NCBI GenBank assembly: GCA_017995075.1 | Contig: JAGOJO010000001.1 | Span: 14,668 to 78,667, forward strand | Direction of reading: 5' to 3' | Length of the DNA: 64,000 nucleotides | Source of the DNA: Bacteroidia bacterium | GTDB taxonomy: Bacteria; Bacteroidota; Bacteroidia; AKYH767-A; OLB10 | Part shown: positions 9,839 through 19,658 of the stretch, in pieces | Layout: each line of letters starts with the position of its first letter | How positions within the stretch are numbered: the first letter of the stretch is position 1 | Translations under genes and position numbers: made by a program | Notes under the pieces: model-generated | The model's input: the letters and a program-made list of their open reading frames with translations, nothing else | Databases searched by the model: none | What the model was told of the DNA's origin: nothing

Positions 9839-10792
9839 TCAACAAATTACTGCATCATCCGGAAAACGAAATCCACGAAGCAACTCATCTGCTTTCATCC
9901 TTTTTTTACCCGGGATCTGAAGTTCATGAATATGTAAAAAGCCATCTTTTCCACTCACTTTAATGAATGTTTTGTGATCCGTCTGTAATTCATGCGTCAA
10001 CACAACCCCAGCTTCCTCGAAAGAAGCTCTTAAGACTTTTACAGGTATAATTTCACCTGTTGGCAGCTGCAAGTTGAAATAAGCTCCCGGGAAAGGACTC
10101 AATCCCCTTACATGATTGTGCAGCTTGCGAATATCCCATGTAAAATCAAGCAGTGCATCCTGCTTAAAGATTTTAGGAGCAGGAAGCAGTATTTCCCCTT
10201 CATTTACAAACTCATCCTGAGAGTGCATCGGAGCATTCCCGGCTTCTATTGCTTTTACTGTTTTCAGCACCAATTCAGCGCCCACCACCATCATTCGATC
10301 ATGGAGTTCGCCGGCCGATTCATCAGGTCCTATATCAATGCGCTCACGAAAAACAATATTTCCTGTATCGATTTCCTGTTTTAAGAAAAAAGTAGTAACA
10401 CCAGTAAACTTCTCGCCATTCATGACAGCCCTGTTAATAGGAGCAGCACCTCGATACTGAGGCAATAAAGAACCGTGTAAGTTAAAAGTCCCTAATGGAG
10501 GCATCGCCCATAATTTCTCGGGCATCATTCTGAATGCAACTACTATTTGCAGATCAGCCTTCAACGACTTCACTGTATCTAAAAAATCGGCATCCCCCAA
10601 TTTAACCGGCTGCAAAACATTTAAGCCTTTCGAAACTGCGTACTTTTTCACATCAGACTCTGCAAGTTTCTGTCCACGTCCGGCAGGCTTATCAGGAGCA
10701 GTGATAACAGCAGGTATCTCATAGCCATTTCGAACAAGGATATCCAACGAAGGAACAGCAAACCCCGGTGTACCGAGAAAGATAATTTTCAT
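9839..10792 (-). CDS. fmt: methionyl-tRNA formyltransferase
   Basis: MKIIFLGTPGFAVPSLDIL...ITAPDKPAGRGQKL N-terminal formyltransferase domain plus the C-terminal Fmt domain. 317 aa. Confidence 0.9.
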   Translation of the reverse strand: MKIIFLGTPGFAVPSLDILVRNGYEIPAVITAPDKPAGRGQKLAESDVKKYAVSKGLNVLQPVKLGDADFLDTVKSLKADLQIVVAFRMMPEKLWAMPPLGTFNLHGSLLPQYRGAAPINRAVMNGEKFTGVTTFFLKQEIDTGNIVFRERIDIGPDESAGELHDRMMVVGAELVLKTVKAIEAGNAPMHSQDEFVNEGEILLPAPKIFKQDALLDFTWDIRKLHNHVRGLSPFPGAYFNLQLPTGEIIPVKVLRASFEEAGVVLTHELQTDHKTFIKVSGKDGFLHIHELQIPGKKRMKADELLRGFRFPDDAVIC

Positions 10793-11112
10793 GGTTTCAC
10801 TAATTTTATCTCAGTAATTTGAATAATTTTTCCAGCCATACAAACACTCATTCTTTCCGAGAGTTCGTGGTAGCTTACTTGTACATGCATTTGATCTACT
10901 GAAAAATCAGACGGAAGATTGACCGGCTCAAGAAATGTACTATCTGCCTTTTGCAGGAGATAGCCGCATCCATCCAGACCTGTTTTATTCACTACTATCA
11001 AATGCTCAGTAAGCAATCCACTTTTCTCTTTTGAAACCGGCGGATTTTCAGAGGGACTACATGACATAAAGAATAAAATCAGCGTAATTGTATTCAATTT
11101 CATCTTCATCAC
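10789..11112 (-). CDS. hypothetical lipoprotein
   Basis: Signal peptide with lipobox (LILFFMSCS). No recognisable domain. Confidence 0.4.
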   Translation of the reverse strand: MMKMKLNTITLILFFMSCSPSENPPVSKEKSGLLTEHLIVVNKTGLDGCGYLLQKADSTFLEPVNLPSDFSVDQMHVQVSYHELSERMSVCMAGKIIQITEIKLVKP

Positions 11113-12464
11113 TAGTTGTATCTGACAGCGTTAACCTTCCACTTGCCTGATTTAAGATATGCATATGAAATAACGCCCATCATCACCCAATAAATCACTT
11201 CAGCGATCCAAACAATTTCCAATGGTTGTTGCCATACGAGTGTAAAGATATATGCATAAAGAACATAAACCACCAGACAAACTACTTCTATCAGCATAGC
11301 CGCAGTAGTACTTCCCGTACCAGAAACTGCTGAAAGAAAAACCATACTTACACTAAAGAAAAAAGTAGCCAGACAAACCATATAAAAACTACTCACCGCC
11401 TCCTCCATTAGCTGTCTATCAGCGCTGGACAAAGAAAACAACAATTCCCTACCGGCGATACCCGCAACAATTCCCATCAGACCAATTGCCAGACTCATAA
11501 TCGTAATCTTTTTCACCAATGCCAGCACTTCCTGCATTTTATCTTGCCCAATTATATTCGACACCATTGAATTGCTTGTTTGAGCGAACCCCCAAATTGG
11601 CGTCATTAAAACCATATAAATACTTCGTACAACATTGGAGACAGCCAGGTCACGTGACCCAAGTTTTTCAATAAAGACAAAAAACAGAAACCATGAACCC
11701 ATTGATAAAACGTGCTGGAGAACAATCGGTGCAGAAAGAGAAAAAATCTGTGCCATTTCTTTTCGACTAATTGTCCGGAATTTAAACAATTGAAATTCCT
11801 TCAGTATTGATCGGGAAAGTGTGTAAACCACAGCATACAAAGCTGCCACAGTTTCAGAAATAGCAGAGGCAAGTCCTGAGCCAAAAATACCCATGGGTTC
11901 TACCCCCATTCCTCCAATTACGAATGCATAATTAAGAATCACATTCAGCACCATCATAACCACCGTTGTATAGGTAATTATACGTGTCATGGTTATTCCG
12001 GTGTACAACGATCTGAGGGCAACCAAACCTGTCATAAAGATGAGACCCCAACCTCTGGCGTAGAGATAATCGACTACCGCGACTGCGACCTCCGGATCAT
12101 CAACAATCAAAGGGATTAGTCCGGGAACAAACAAGTACAAAAGTCCAGACATCAACACCGCAAAAACCATCAGCATCAAAAAACCATTATCAAATACGGT
12201 TCCTATTTCAGCATGACGATCTTCTCCGGCCCGGCGAGCAATTAGAATTTGCGTACCAATGCCAATAGCTACGGAGATCATTACCAGTAAAAAGTAAAAT
12301 ATACCACCCAATGCAGATGCTGCAAGCTCCTTTTCACCGATGCGAGAAACAAATGCTACATCCGTAAAATTGATCACTGTATTGGCCATGCTGCTGAGCA
12401 TAATAGGCCAGGAAATGCGCCAGATTTCGGAATAGCTGATACTAACTTTCATACGGAAGTGCAA
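11112..12464 (-). CDS. MATE family efflux transporter
   Basis: 450 aa with 12 predicted TM segments and a duplicated 6-TM layout. The composition is typical of MatE. Confidence 0.75.
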   Translation of the reverse strand: MHFRMKVSISYSEIWRISWPIMLSSMANTVINFTDVAFVSRIGEKELAASALGGIFYFLLVMISVAIGIGTQILIARRAGEDRHAEIGTVFDNGFLMLMVFAVLMSGLLYLFVPGLIPLIVDDPEVAVAVVDYLYARGWGLIFMTGLVALRSLYTGITMTRIITYTTVVMMVLNVILNYAFVIGGMGVEPMGIFGSGLASAISETVAALYAVVYTLSRSILKEFQLFKFRTISRKEMAQIFSLSAPIVLQHVLSMGSWFLFFVFIEKLGSRDLAVSNVVRSIYMVLMTPIWGFAQTSNSMVSNIIGQDKMQEVLALVKKITIMSLAIGLMGIVAGIAGRELLFSLSSADRQLMEEAVSSFYMVCLATFFFSVSMVFLSAVSGTGSTTAAMLIEVVCLVVYVLYAYIFTLVWQQPLEIVWIAEVIYWVMMGVISYAYLKSGKWKVNAVRYN

Positions 12465-12509
12465 AAGTCAGCAATTCAATCGAATAATCCGGAGGGAAAC
12501 GAAGGAATA

Positions 12510-12941
12510 CTAATTTCCAGCTAATACCATTTTATAATGAGGAATATTAGCTTCATAGAACAATTCACCTTCTGCTACGAAGCCGGCGCGTTGATAGACC
12601 GGCATTGCTTTCACCTGGGCATGCAGGTATATTTTACGATCAAAAGGGCGCACATCGGACAAAACCGCTTGAACCAGCGCAGCCCCACCTCCCTGATTCC
12701 GAAACTCCGGAAGAACAGCAAATCGCTCCAGCTTTATACCTGCCTCAGTAAAGCGCCAGCGGGCCGTGCCCGCTGGCTGCTTTTCCACCAACAGCATATA
12801 ATGCATGCTTTCATCCTCATGTTCATCGTATTCCTCTTCACGTGAGACCTGTTGCTCTTCAACAAATACACGTTGACGAATATTAAAAACGATGGAGGCT
12901 TTCTCTTTATCTTCCGTTTTAAACTTTATAACTTCTAACAT
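12510..12941 (-). CDS. GNAT family N-acetyltransferase. The start is probably at 12941 (MLEVIKFK...); the longest ORF runs to 12989.
   Basis: Acetyl-CoA binding motif ...RNQGGGAALVQAVL... (Q/RxxGxG/A). Confidence 0.7.
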   Translation of the reverse strand: MLEVIKFKTEDKEKASIVFNIRQRVFVEEQQVSREEEYDEHEDESMHYMLLVEKQPAGTARWRFTEAGIKLERFAVLPEFRNQGGGAALVQAVLSDVRPFDRKIYLHAQVKAMPVYQRAGFVAEGELFYEANIPHYKMVLAGN

Positions 12942-12942
12942 A

Positions 12943-12959
12943 CAGACCAATTTGGTCTG
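12943..12959. promoter_or_regulatory. perfect 17-bp palindrome CAGACCAATTTGGTCTG. Either a hairpin terminator for the upstream T9SS gene or an operator at the GNAT gene start.
   Basis: Read directly from the sequence. It lies between the stop of the 12979-15657 gene and the ATG at 12941 on the - strand. Confidence 0.4.
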
Positions 12960-12978
12960 CCAATTTAATAATTCCTGC

Positions 12979-15657
12979 TTAAAGGGCAATTATAATTTTT
13001 TCCTGCCATGTCTGACCTACGCCATCTGCCACCTGAAGGATATAAGTGCCTGGCTGCAATTCATTGCCAATTTGGAAACTTGAGGAATTGCCCTCTGTAT
13101 AATTTACAGGAAGAACAAGAATTTGTTTTCCCGAAAGGTCAAACACTCTGGCTTCAACTGCAGACATATCCGGATCAGGAAGTGCAATTGTCAGTTCTCC
13201 GTGTGAAACAGGATTCGGATATACATTCAACACAGATCTGTTGAAGTACACCAGTACTGTTGTCGAATACTCGGAATCACCGTTTCTGTCAACCTGATGC
13301 AAACGGTAGTAATTGTAACCAGCAGATGGATTCAGGTCATTGAAGTTATACTCGGTAACTACCGTTGTAAATCCTTTTGCAATGACACGACCAATTGGCG
13401 AGAAGTTCACACCATCTGAACTGCGTTCCACAGTATAGTAATCACTATTCGTTTCAGATGCCGTTACCCAATTCAATGCGGAATATGTATTTTTTGCTGC
13501 ACCTGTGAAGGAGATAAACTCAACCGGTAAGGGGTTTACTCCATTGACATTATTGGCAAGTGTAAAGTAGGTGTTGAAACCTGTAAAGTTCGACGAAGTG
13601 ATACTTCCGGTAACATTGGCTGTACCTGAACCGCCCAGATCTAACCAGGAAGAAGATCCATCGTCTCTGGCTACTCTTAAGTTATTATAGTCGTTGACAT
13701 AATCATCAGCACCATAAGAGAGAGTCACTCTTGCATTACTAAGATTTGCAACTGAAGTTCGTGTAATTGAATAGTAACGAATATCAGATACCCATCTCAG
13801 TGATGGAGGGAGCGTATATCCCATGCCACGTGCAGAAATATTCCATGCTTCAGAGGTATATGTCACCGATGTCGCATTACTATGCTGTACAGCCAATATT
13901 ATAGGGCGAAATGCTCCCGTTTTTCCAATTGGAAAGTTAATGGATTGTGGAGAAATGCTAGCTACAATTTGTTGCATCGGACCGTCCACATAAGATACTG
14001 ATGAACCGATATTGGCATTTGCTCCTGCAATGCACACAATTGGATTGGCAGAAGAAGTCGATAGTATTCCATTCGACATCATTAATGTTCCACTCACATT
14101 TGCAGTTCTTGCTAATGATACTCCGGCAGCATTGCTGATTGTAAGATTATAAAATGTGGTTGTTGCGGTACCGGCAAGTGTTTGTGCTGATGAACCACCA
14201 AACGTGACAGTTCCGGTACGTGGTGTAAAGGTGCCGACATTATAATATGCATTGACACCGTCATAGGTTCCTGATAATGTCAGGTTCCTGGAATCACCGG
14301 TTGTACCTGCAATCGAACGCACATCAAAAGTCTTATTAAACTCCAGATATAAACTCAGGAAGTTACAATCAGCTGTTGAATTATTGGATGGACGAAGAGT
14401 AATCGTCCTTGCCAATGCTCCTGACACTCTCATATTGGGCATAGTTACGCCACTGTATGGAGTGAAGTTGAATGTTGTTCCGGTCACAGTGGTTCCATTG
14501 CCGAAGTAAATAGTTCCTCCGGTTACAGTTACAGTTCCCGATGATCCGCATATATCAAAATCGCTTACCGATGTGCCGCCTGAAGTCGCTCGCTGGAGGG
14601 TAATTGTTCCTGCGCTCATTGTAAAGCGACTGTTTGCATTGTTACTGACAAGGAATACTTCATTCGCAGTACCAGTGCTGCCATTGTTCAGCGTTACAGT
14701 ACCTCCCGATTGACTGAATCGGAAAGGATCAGAAGAGTTCCCGCTTCGGTAGGTAATTCCACCGTAAACATTGAGGGTTCCTCCTGTCACTGTAACTCCC
14801 GGAACAACAGTTCCGCTTTGATCGAAACGTAAGCCCTGGTTACCACTGGAGGACCCGATCCTCATTGTTCCTCCGACAACATTCAACTGCCCTTGCAGAT
14901 AAACATAATCGTCATTCGGAGAAAGATGCAGTACACCTGACATCACTTCAAAAATGGCATCGGGTGATACTGTCTGACTTCCTCCAGTGGGATTCACACT
15001 ATACGTGCCGGCATTGTTATGCACATAGGTCCCATAGGTTACAACCAGATTACGAATCGCCGATTCAAACGCAGAAGCGGTAACCTCCAGGCGGTACGAG
15101 TTCAATGTTGATTTATACAGCGTGACTGTATTTAAATCAAATGCCCCCGTACCAGAGACGATGGAATTCACCCTCGAATTGAAGGTTAAATTCACATAAT
15201 CATTGGCGTCATAATAAAGATCTACTGTACCGTTGTTCACCAGGCTTCCGCTTATGTAGCAGGAATGCATTTTAGAGGAATTCGCTGAATACCCGAAGGT
15301 AGCTCCCGAATTAACGGTTAAATCACCGGCAATTACCATCAGGAAGGTCAGGTAATTCGAATACATCAGGGTTCCTGATGTACCTTGCCCTACCGTTATA
15401 CTGGCAGTTACGGCGTTTACGTTCATTGTAATGTTGTGTCCATCTCCGATGTAAACAACATCTCCGCGTCCCGGATAAGTACCGGTGTTTGTCGCATTTC
15501 CATAGGTCACGGTTGACCAGGAAGATGCGACGGTCCAAAGACCGCTCTGTCTTGAATAATAGGTCCTAGCATCACTACTACCGACGATACACGTCAATAG
15601 AAGGGCGATAATCCCCATTTTTCTGAGCGGCATGATGTAAGTTGTCATGCGCTGCAT
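12979..15657 (-). CDS. large secreted Thr/Ser/Gly-rich beta-helix-like protein with T9SS C-terminal sorting domain (paralog A)
   Basis: Signal peptide. N-terminal YYSRQSGLW...SWSTVTYGNATNTGTYPGRGDVVYIGDGH motif. The C-terminus NVYPNPVSHGELTIAL...GTYILQVADGVGQTWQEKIIIAL fits the T9SS CTD. Paralogous to 15902-18556. Confidence 0.7.
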   Translation of the reverse strand: MQRMTTYIMPLRKMGIIALLLTCIVGSSDARTYYSRQSGLWTVASSWSTVTYGNATNTGTYPGRGDVVYIGDGHNITMNVNAVTASITVGQGTSGTLMYSNYLTFLMVIAGDLTVNSGATFGYSANSSKMHSCYISGSLVNNGTVDLYYDANDYVNLTFNSRVNSIVSGTGAFDLNTVTLYKSTLNSYRLEVTASAFESAIRNLVVTYGTYVHNNAGTYSVNPTGGSQTVSPDAIFEVMSGVLHLSPNDDYVYLQGQLNVVGGTMRIGSSSGNQGLRFDQSGTVVPGVTVTGGTLNVYGGITYRSGNSSDPFRFSQSGGTVTLNNGSTGTANEVFLVSNNANSRFTMSAGTITLQRATSGGTSVSDFDICGSSGTVTVTGGTIYFGNGTTVTGTTFNFTPYSGVTMPNMRVSGALARTITLRPSNNSTADCNFLSLYLEFNKTFDVRSIAGTTGDSRNLTLSGTYDGVNAYYNVGTFTPRTGTVTFGGSSAQTLAGTATTTFYNLTISNAAGVSLARTANVSGTLMMSNGILSTSSANPIVCIAGANANIGSSVSYVDGPMQQIVASISPQSINFPIGKTGAFRPIILAVQHSNATSVTYTSEAWNISARGMGYTLPPSLRWVSDIRYYSITRTSVANLSNARVTLSYGADDYVNDYNNLRVARDDGSSSWLDLGGSGTANVTGSITSSNFTGFNTYFTLANNVNGVNPLPVEFISFTGAAKNTYSALNWVTASETNSDYYTVERSSDGVNFSPIGRVIAKGFTTVVTEYNFNDLNPSAGYNYYRLHQVDRNGDSEYSTTVLVYFNRSVLNVYPNPVSHGELTIALPDPDMSAVEARVFDLSGKQILVLPVNYTEGNSSSFQIGNELQPGTYILQVADGVGQTWQEKIIIAL

Positions 15658-15901
15658 TATTAGGCTATAAATTGTTGGTGATTCAAATATGTAGGTGTAA
15701 AAAAGTATTTATGAACCGGAATCCACTATTTCTTACATCTGCAATATTCTCCTCTGAAGTGTTTTTTGTTCCCTGTGAACATCTCAGTTTACTGTTGAAT
15801 TACTTTAATTTTACTTGTCAGAACTGATTCTCCTGGCTATATTCTTCTGATTTTATTGTCTCTCCAATCTGTTTCATCCAGGAATCTTACATCCCTGAAC
15901 T

Positions 15902-18556
15902 CTATCTTGCTATAATTATTTGAGAAGTTTGTTGCTCCCCATTTGAATTCACCATACTCAACTGATATGTTTGTCCATTTTGCAACCGATCTGCTGACCA
16001 AAACAATACAGGACCATTTTGTTCAAATACCTGCTCCTCCAGCAAACGCCCGGAAGCATCTGTCACTTTGCATCTTACAAGCCCCTGGAAATTAGTATTC
16101 ATATCAATATTCACAAACTGACCGGTCACCGGATTTGGAAATACATTCATTGTGTACAACAATGGCGCGTTCAACACCCGAATAGAAGAATAAGTAAACT
16201 CTCCGTTCAGGTCTACTTGCTTAAGTCTATAATATACTACTGTCGGAAGTAAATGCTGATCAACAAAGTGATATATTCTTTTTTCGGTAGAATTTCCAGC
16301 TGCTCCAACGCGTCCTATTGCTTCAAAATTTCTTCCGTCAATACTTTTCTGGACTTCAAAATAATCACTGTTCTTTTCGGAAGCTGTTGCCCATTCCAAC
16401 GAACTTATCTCATTTATCATTTCAGCCTTGAAATACAAATAGGTTACCGGAAGAGGATTTGATCCGCCATTTGAATTCCCAAGTGCAAAGTAAGTATTGA
16501 GATTTCCACTTGACGAGCTACTGATATTTCCACTTCCGGTACCGGAACCAGTTCCACCTAAATCTGTCCATGAAGATGTGCCATCGAATTGCACCAATCG
16601 CAAATTAGAAGGATCAGTAACTCCATCATCATCGCCGTAGTAATAGGTCAATGTTGCTGAAGACAGATTTGCCGAACCACTTCTGTCAAGGCTGAGATAT
16701 CGCTGAGCAGAAATCCTGTCAATCGTTCCTGGAAGTGAGAATCCCAGGTCTCTCGGCGAACTGGCATTGACTTCCGCTGTGTATGTTGCACTACCAGAAT
16801 TCGAATGTGTAATTGTAAGTTGCAGTGGACGATAACTTCCATTTTTCCCAATTGGAAAATCAAAAGTTGTGGGTGATTCTGAAATAATTTCTCTGGCAAG
16901 AGGACCATCGATGTAAGAGGACTCACTACCTATTCCTACAGAACCCGCGGTCCCAATTGTAAACAAAGAGGCACCAGTAGTATAAAGGATACCATTCGTA
17001 AGTGTCAGTGTTCCGTTCAATGTAACCGGCATACCAATAGACGTTCCGGATCCATCTACTTCCAGATCATAAACGGACATGGTACCAATTCCACTGATTT
17101 GCTGTCCCTCTGAACCTTGAAGTATCAGCTGTGAGGTGCGGGCCACATAGGTTCCATCACAAAGAATTGAATTTATTCCATCAAAATTTCCTGTGAGTGT
17201 GATTGTCCGGCTATCTCCTGTGGTACCACTCACTGACCGGATATCAAATGTCATATCAACATCTACATGCAAACTAATGGCCTTTATGTTGGCAGTAGAG
17301 GAAACTGAAGGTGCAAGCGTTGCTGTGTTGCCAACAGGACCAGTCAGGTAGATATTTGGAAGCGTTACATTCGATACAGGAGTAAACGTATAGGTGAGTC
17401 CTGCACCACTTGACTCACCGCCAAATTGCAAAGTGCCTCCTGTAGTAGTTACTGAACCCATACTTCCACATATCACCATATCACTAACTGTTGTTCCTGT
17501 GGTGTTAGGTTTTTCAATGATGATAAAACCATCCGTAATAGTACATGAGCTTCCCGAAACATCATTCACATGGAATATAGTTGAGTTAAATCCGGAAGAA
17601 CCTCCATTCAGTTTAAGTGTACCACCTCCTATTGAAAAAATAAATGGCGAAGAAGATGCTCCTGCTTTATAAGTTAGTCCTCCATAAACTTCCATTGTTC
17701 CCCCCTGAATGTCCAATCGGGGAGTAAATGCGCCTGGCTTCTCATATCGGAGTCCTCCATTTCCTGTCGATGATCCAACACGTAGCGTACCTCCAAGTAA
17801 TGTTAAAGAACCATTCAATATACAATCGTCGTGCGAAGGAGATAAATGCAATACACCTGCGTTAACTTTTACTACTCCATCAGCCGGAATAGTAAAACCG
17901 CTACCGGCACTGCTATTCACATTGTAGGTGCTGGAATTGTTATGATAGAATGTACCATAGGTTAAAACCAGATCGCGGATTCCGGATTCAAAACTTGTAC
18001 TTTGCACTTCAACATAATAGGAAGTAGCTGTACTCTTCTGAATAGTTACGGTATTTAAATCATAGGTACCGTTTCCGGTGATTACGGTATTGGCCGATCG
18101 GTAGAAAGTCAGATTTACAACATCATTTGCATCGGAGTATAAATCCATGGTACCACTGCAACTCAGATTATTTCCAACCTGCAGTGTGTGCGTTCGGCTA
18201 TTGTTTCCTGCATATTGCAACGCAGCACCTGTGGATACCGTCAGATTATTGATCACCACCAGGGAGTAATTGCCGGCATCCGAATAATCTACGCTCCCGG
18301 ACGAGCCTTGTCCAATGATCAGATAACTTGTTGTACAGGCTACATTTACTATTATCGTATAGCCATCGCCGATGTATGCATAGTCACCGGATTTCGGGAA
18401 TGTACCTGTATTGGTCGCTTGACCATAACCTGTGGTCGACCAGGAATTATTATCATTCCAGTTTCCTCCGTTTGTTTTACTGTAATAAATCACAGCGGAA
18501 GATGAATTTACGTACATACATAGAAGCAGTACGAATAATTTTTTAATCGTTTTCAT
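15902..18556 (-). CDS. large secreted Thr/Ser/Gly-rich beta-helix-like protein with T9SS C-terminal sorting domain (paralog B)
   Basis: Signal peptide. N-terminal YYSKTNGGNWNDNNSWSTTGYGQATNTGTFPKSGDYAYIGDGY motif. The C-terminal T9SS CTD ends ...QLSMVNSNGEQQTSQIIIAR. Collinear similarity to paralog A throughout. Confidence 0.7.
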   Translation of the reverse strand: MKTIKKLFVLLLCMYVNSSSAVIYYSKTNGGNWNDNNSWSTTGYGQATNTGTFPKSGDYAYIGDGYTIIVNVACTTSYLIIGQGSSGSVDYSDAGNYSLVVINNLTVSTGAALQYAGNNSRTHTLQVGNNLSCSGTMDLYSDANDVVNLTFYRSANTVITGNGTYDLNTVTIQKSTATSYYVEVQSTSFESGIRDLVLTYGTFYHNNSSTYNVNSSAGSGFTIPADGVVKVNAGVLHLSPSHDDCILNGSLTLLGGTLRVGSSTGNGGLRYEKPGAFTPRLDIQGGTMEVYGGLTYKAGASSSPFIFSIGGGTLKLNGGSSGFNSTIFHVNDVSGSSCTITDGFIIIEKPNTTGTTVSDMVICGSMGSVTTTGGTLQFGGESSGAGLTYTFTPVSNVTLPNIYLTGPVGNTATLAPSVSSTANIKAISLHVDVDMTFDIRSVSGTTGDSRTITLTGNFDGINSILCDGTYVARTSQLILQGSEGQQISGIGTMSVYDLEVDGSGTSIGMPVTLNGTLTLTNGILYTTGASLFTIGTAGSVGIGSESSYIDGPLAREIISESPTTFDFPIGKNGSYRPLQLTITHSNSGSATYTAEVNASSPRDLGFSLPGTIDRISAQRYLSLDRSGSANLSSATLTYYYGDDDGVTDPSNLRLVQFDGTSSWTDLGGTGSGTGSGNISSSSSGNLNTYFALGNSNGGSNPLPVTYLYFKAEMINEISSLEWATASEKNSDYFEVQKSIDGRNFEAIGRVGAAGNSTEKRIYHFVDQHLLPTVVYYRLKQVDLNGEFTYSSIRVLNAPLLYTMNVFPNPVTGQFVNIDMNTNFQGLVRCKVTDASGRLLEEQVFEQNGPVLFWSADRLQNGQTYQLSMVNSNGEQQTSQIIIAR

Positions 18557-18730
18557 GATGGGGTCATGTTAAGATTCATGTACCCTTCACCATAAAACAT
18601 TCCAAGTTGTGGTTAGACCTATCTAAAAACGATAACGACCTTACATGAAATCCGACATGAAATCAAGCATCATACAACCAATGCCAAGACGAGAAGTTCA
18701 ACTCCGCCTTCTCCAAAAAATCTTGAAATC

Positions 18731-19606
18731 TTACAAAGTAGCCAATCGATCAAGGACAGTCTGAATCAGTTTATGCATAGCACCTTCAGCATCCTTTGAA
18801 TATTGTTGAGCAATACGGTTCGCTACGATAACGTTCACCGAACAACAATGATGTCCGAGCAAGCTTGCCAGGCCATACATTGCACCGGTTTCCATCTCAA
18901 AATTGGTGATACGGTGTTCACCATAGTTAAATGTATGCAACTTATCAATCATATCCATTCGGGAGGGTTCCAGGCGTAATTGACGCATTTGAGGAGCGTA
19001 AAAACCGGAGCAGGAAGCTGTAATTCCCTTGAACATTCCCGGGGAAAGTAATTCTACCAATCTCCCTGAAGCACGTGAAATATAGGACTGAGGTAAAATC
19101 CCATGGCTTGGATAGTGCTTTCTGAAGGCCTGAACCAACTGATCTTCCTCATCATCATTTATGAGTTTATAGAAGTTTAGCAGTCCATCCAGCCCAAGAC
19201 CGAAGGTAGAGCATACAAAATTATCCACAGGAATATCCGCCTGGAGCGACCCGGAAGTACCAATTCTAACCAGATGAAGGCTCGTTAAATCCTTTTTGAT
19301 GGTCCGGGTTGGGAGATCAATATTGACCAGGGCATCCAGCTCATTGTAAACAATATCGATATTATCTGTTCCTATCCCTGTGGAAATCACACTGATGCGC
19401 TTTCCTTTATAAACACCGGTATGTGTTACAAACTCCCTTTTCTGTTTTTTTACCTCCATCTGATCAAAATATGCGCTAACCATAGCAACACGATCAGGGT
19501 CGCCCACGTTAATCACAACAGGAGCTAATTCCTCCGGTAAAAGGTTCAAATGGTAGACGCTTCCGTCCTTATTAAGAATTAACTCAGATTCAGGAATTTG
19601 TGACAT
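18731..19606 (-). CDS. nucleoside phosphorylase, PNP/UDP family (DeoD-like). Probable start MSQIPESEL at 19606.
   Basis: VINVGDPDRVAMVSAYF...THTGVYKGKRISVISTGIG aligns with the DeoD GDPxR / TGxYKGxxISV motifs. Confidence 0.7.
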   Translation of the reverse strand: MSQIPESELILNKDGSVYHLNLLPEELAPVVINVGDPDRVAMVSAYFDQMEVKKQKREFVTHTGVYKGKRISVISTGIGTDNIDIVYNELDALVNIDLPTRTIKKDLTSLHLVRIGTSGSLQADIPVDNFVCSTFGLGLDGLLNFYKLINDDEEDQLVQAFRKHYPSHGILPQSYISRASGRLVELLSPGMFKGITASCSGFYAPQMRQLRLEPSRMDMIDKLHTFNYGEHRITNFEMETGAMYGLASLLGHHCCSVNVIVANRIAQQYSKDAEGAMHKLIQTVLDRLATL

Positions 19607-19658
19607 ATCTTTGAAAGAAATATTTTTGCTGAGAACAAAAATAACAGAAAGCCCCATA

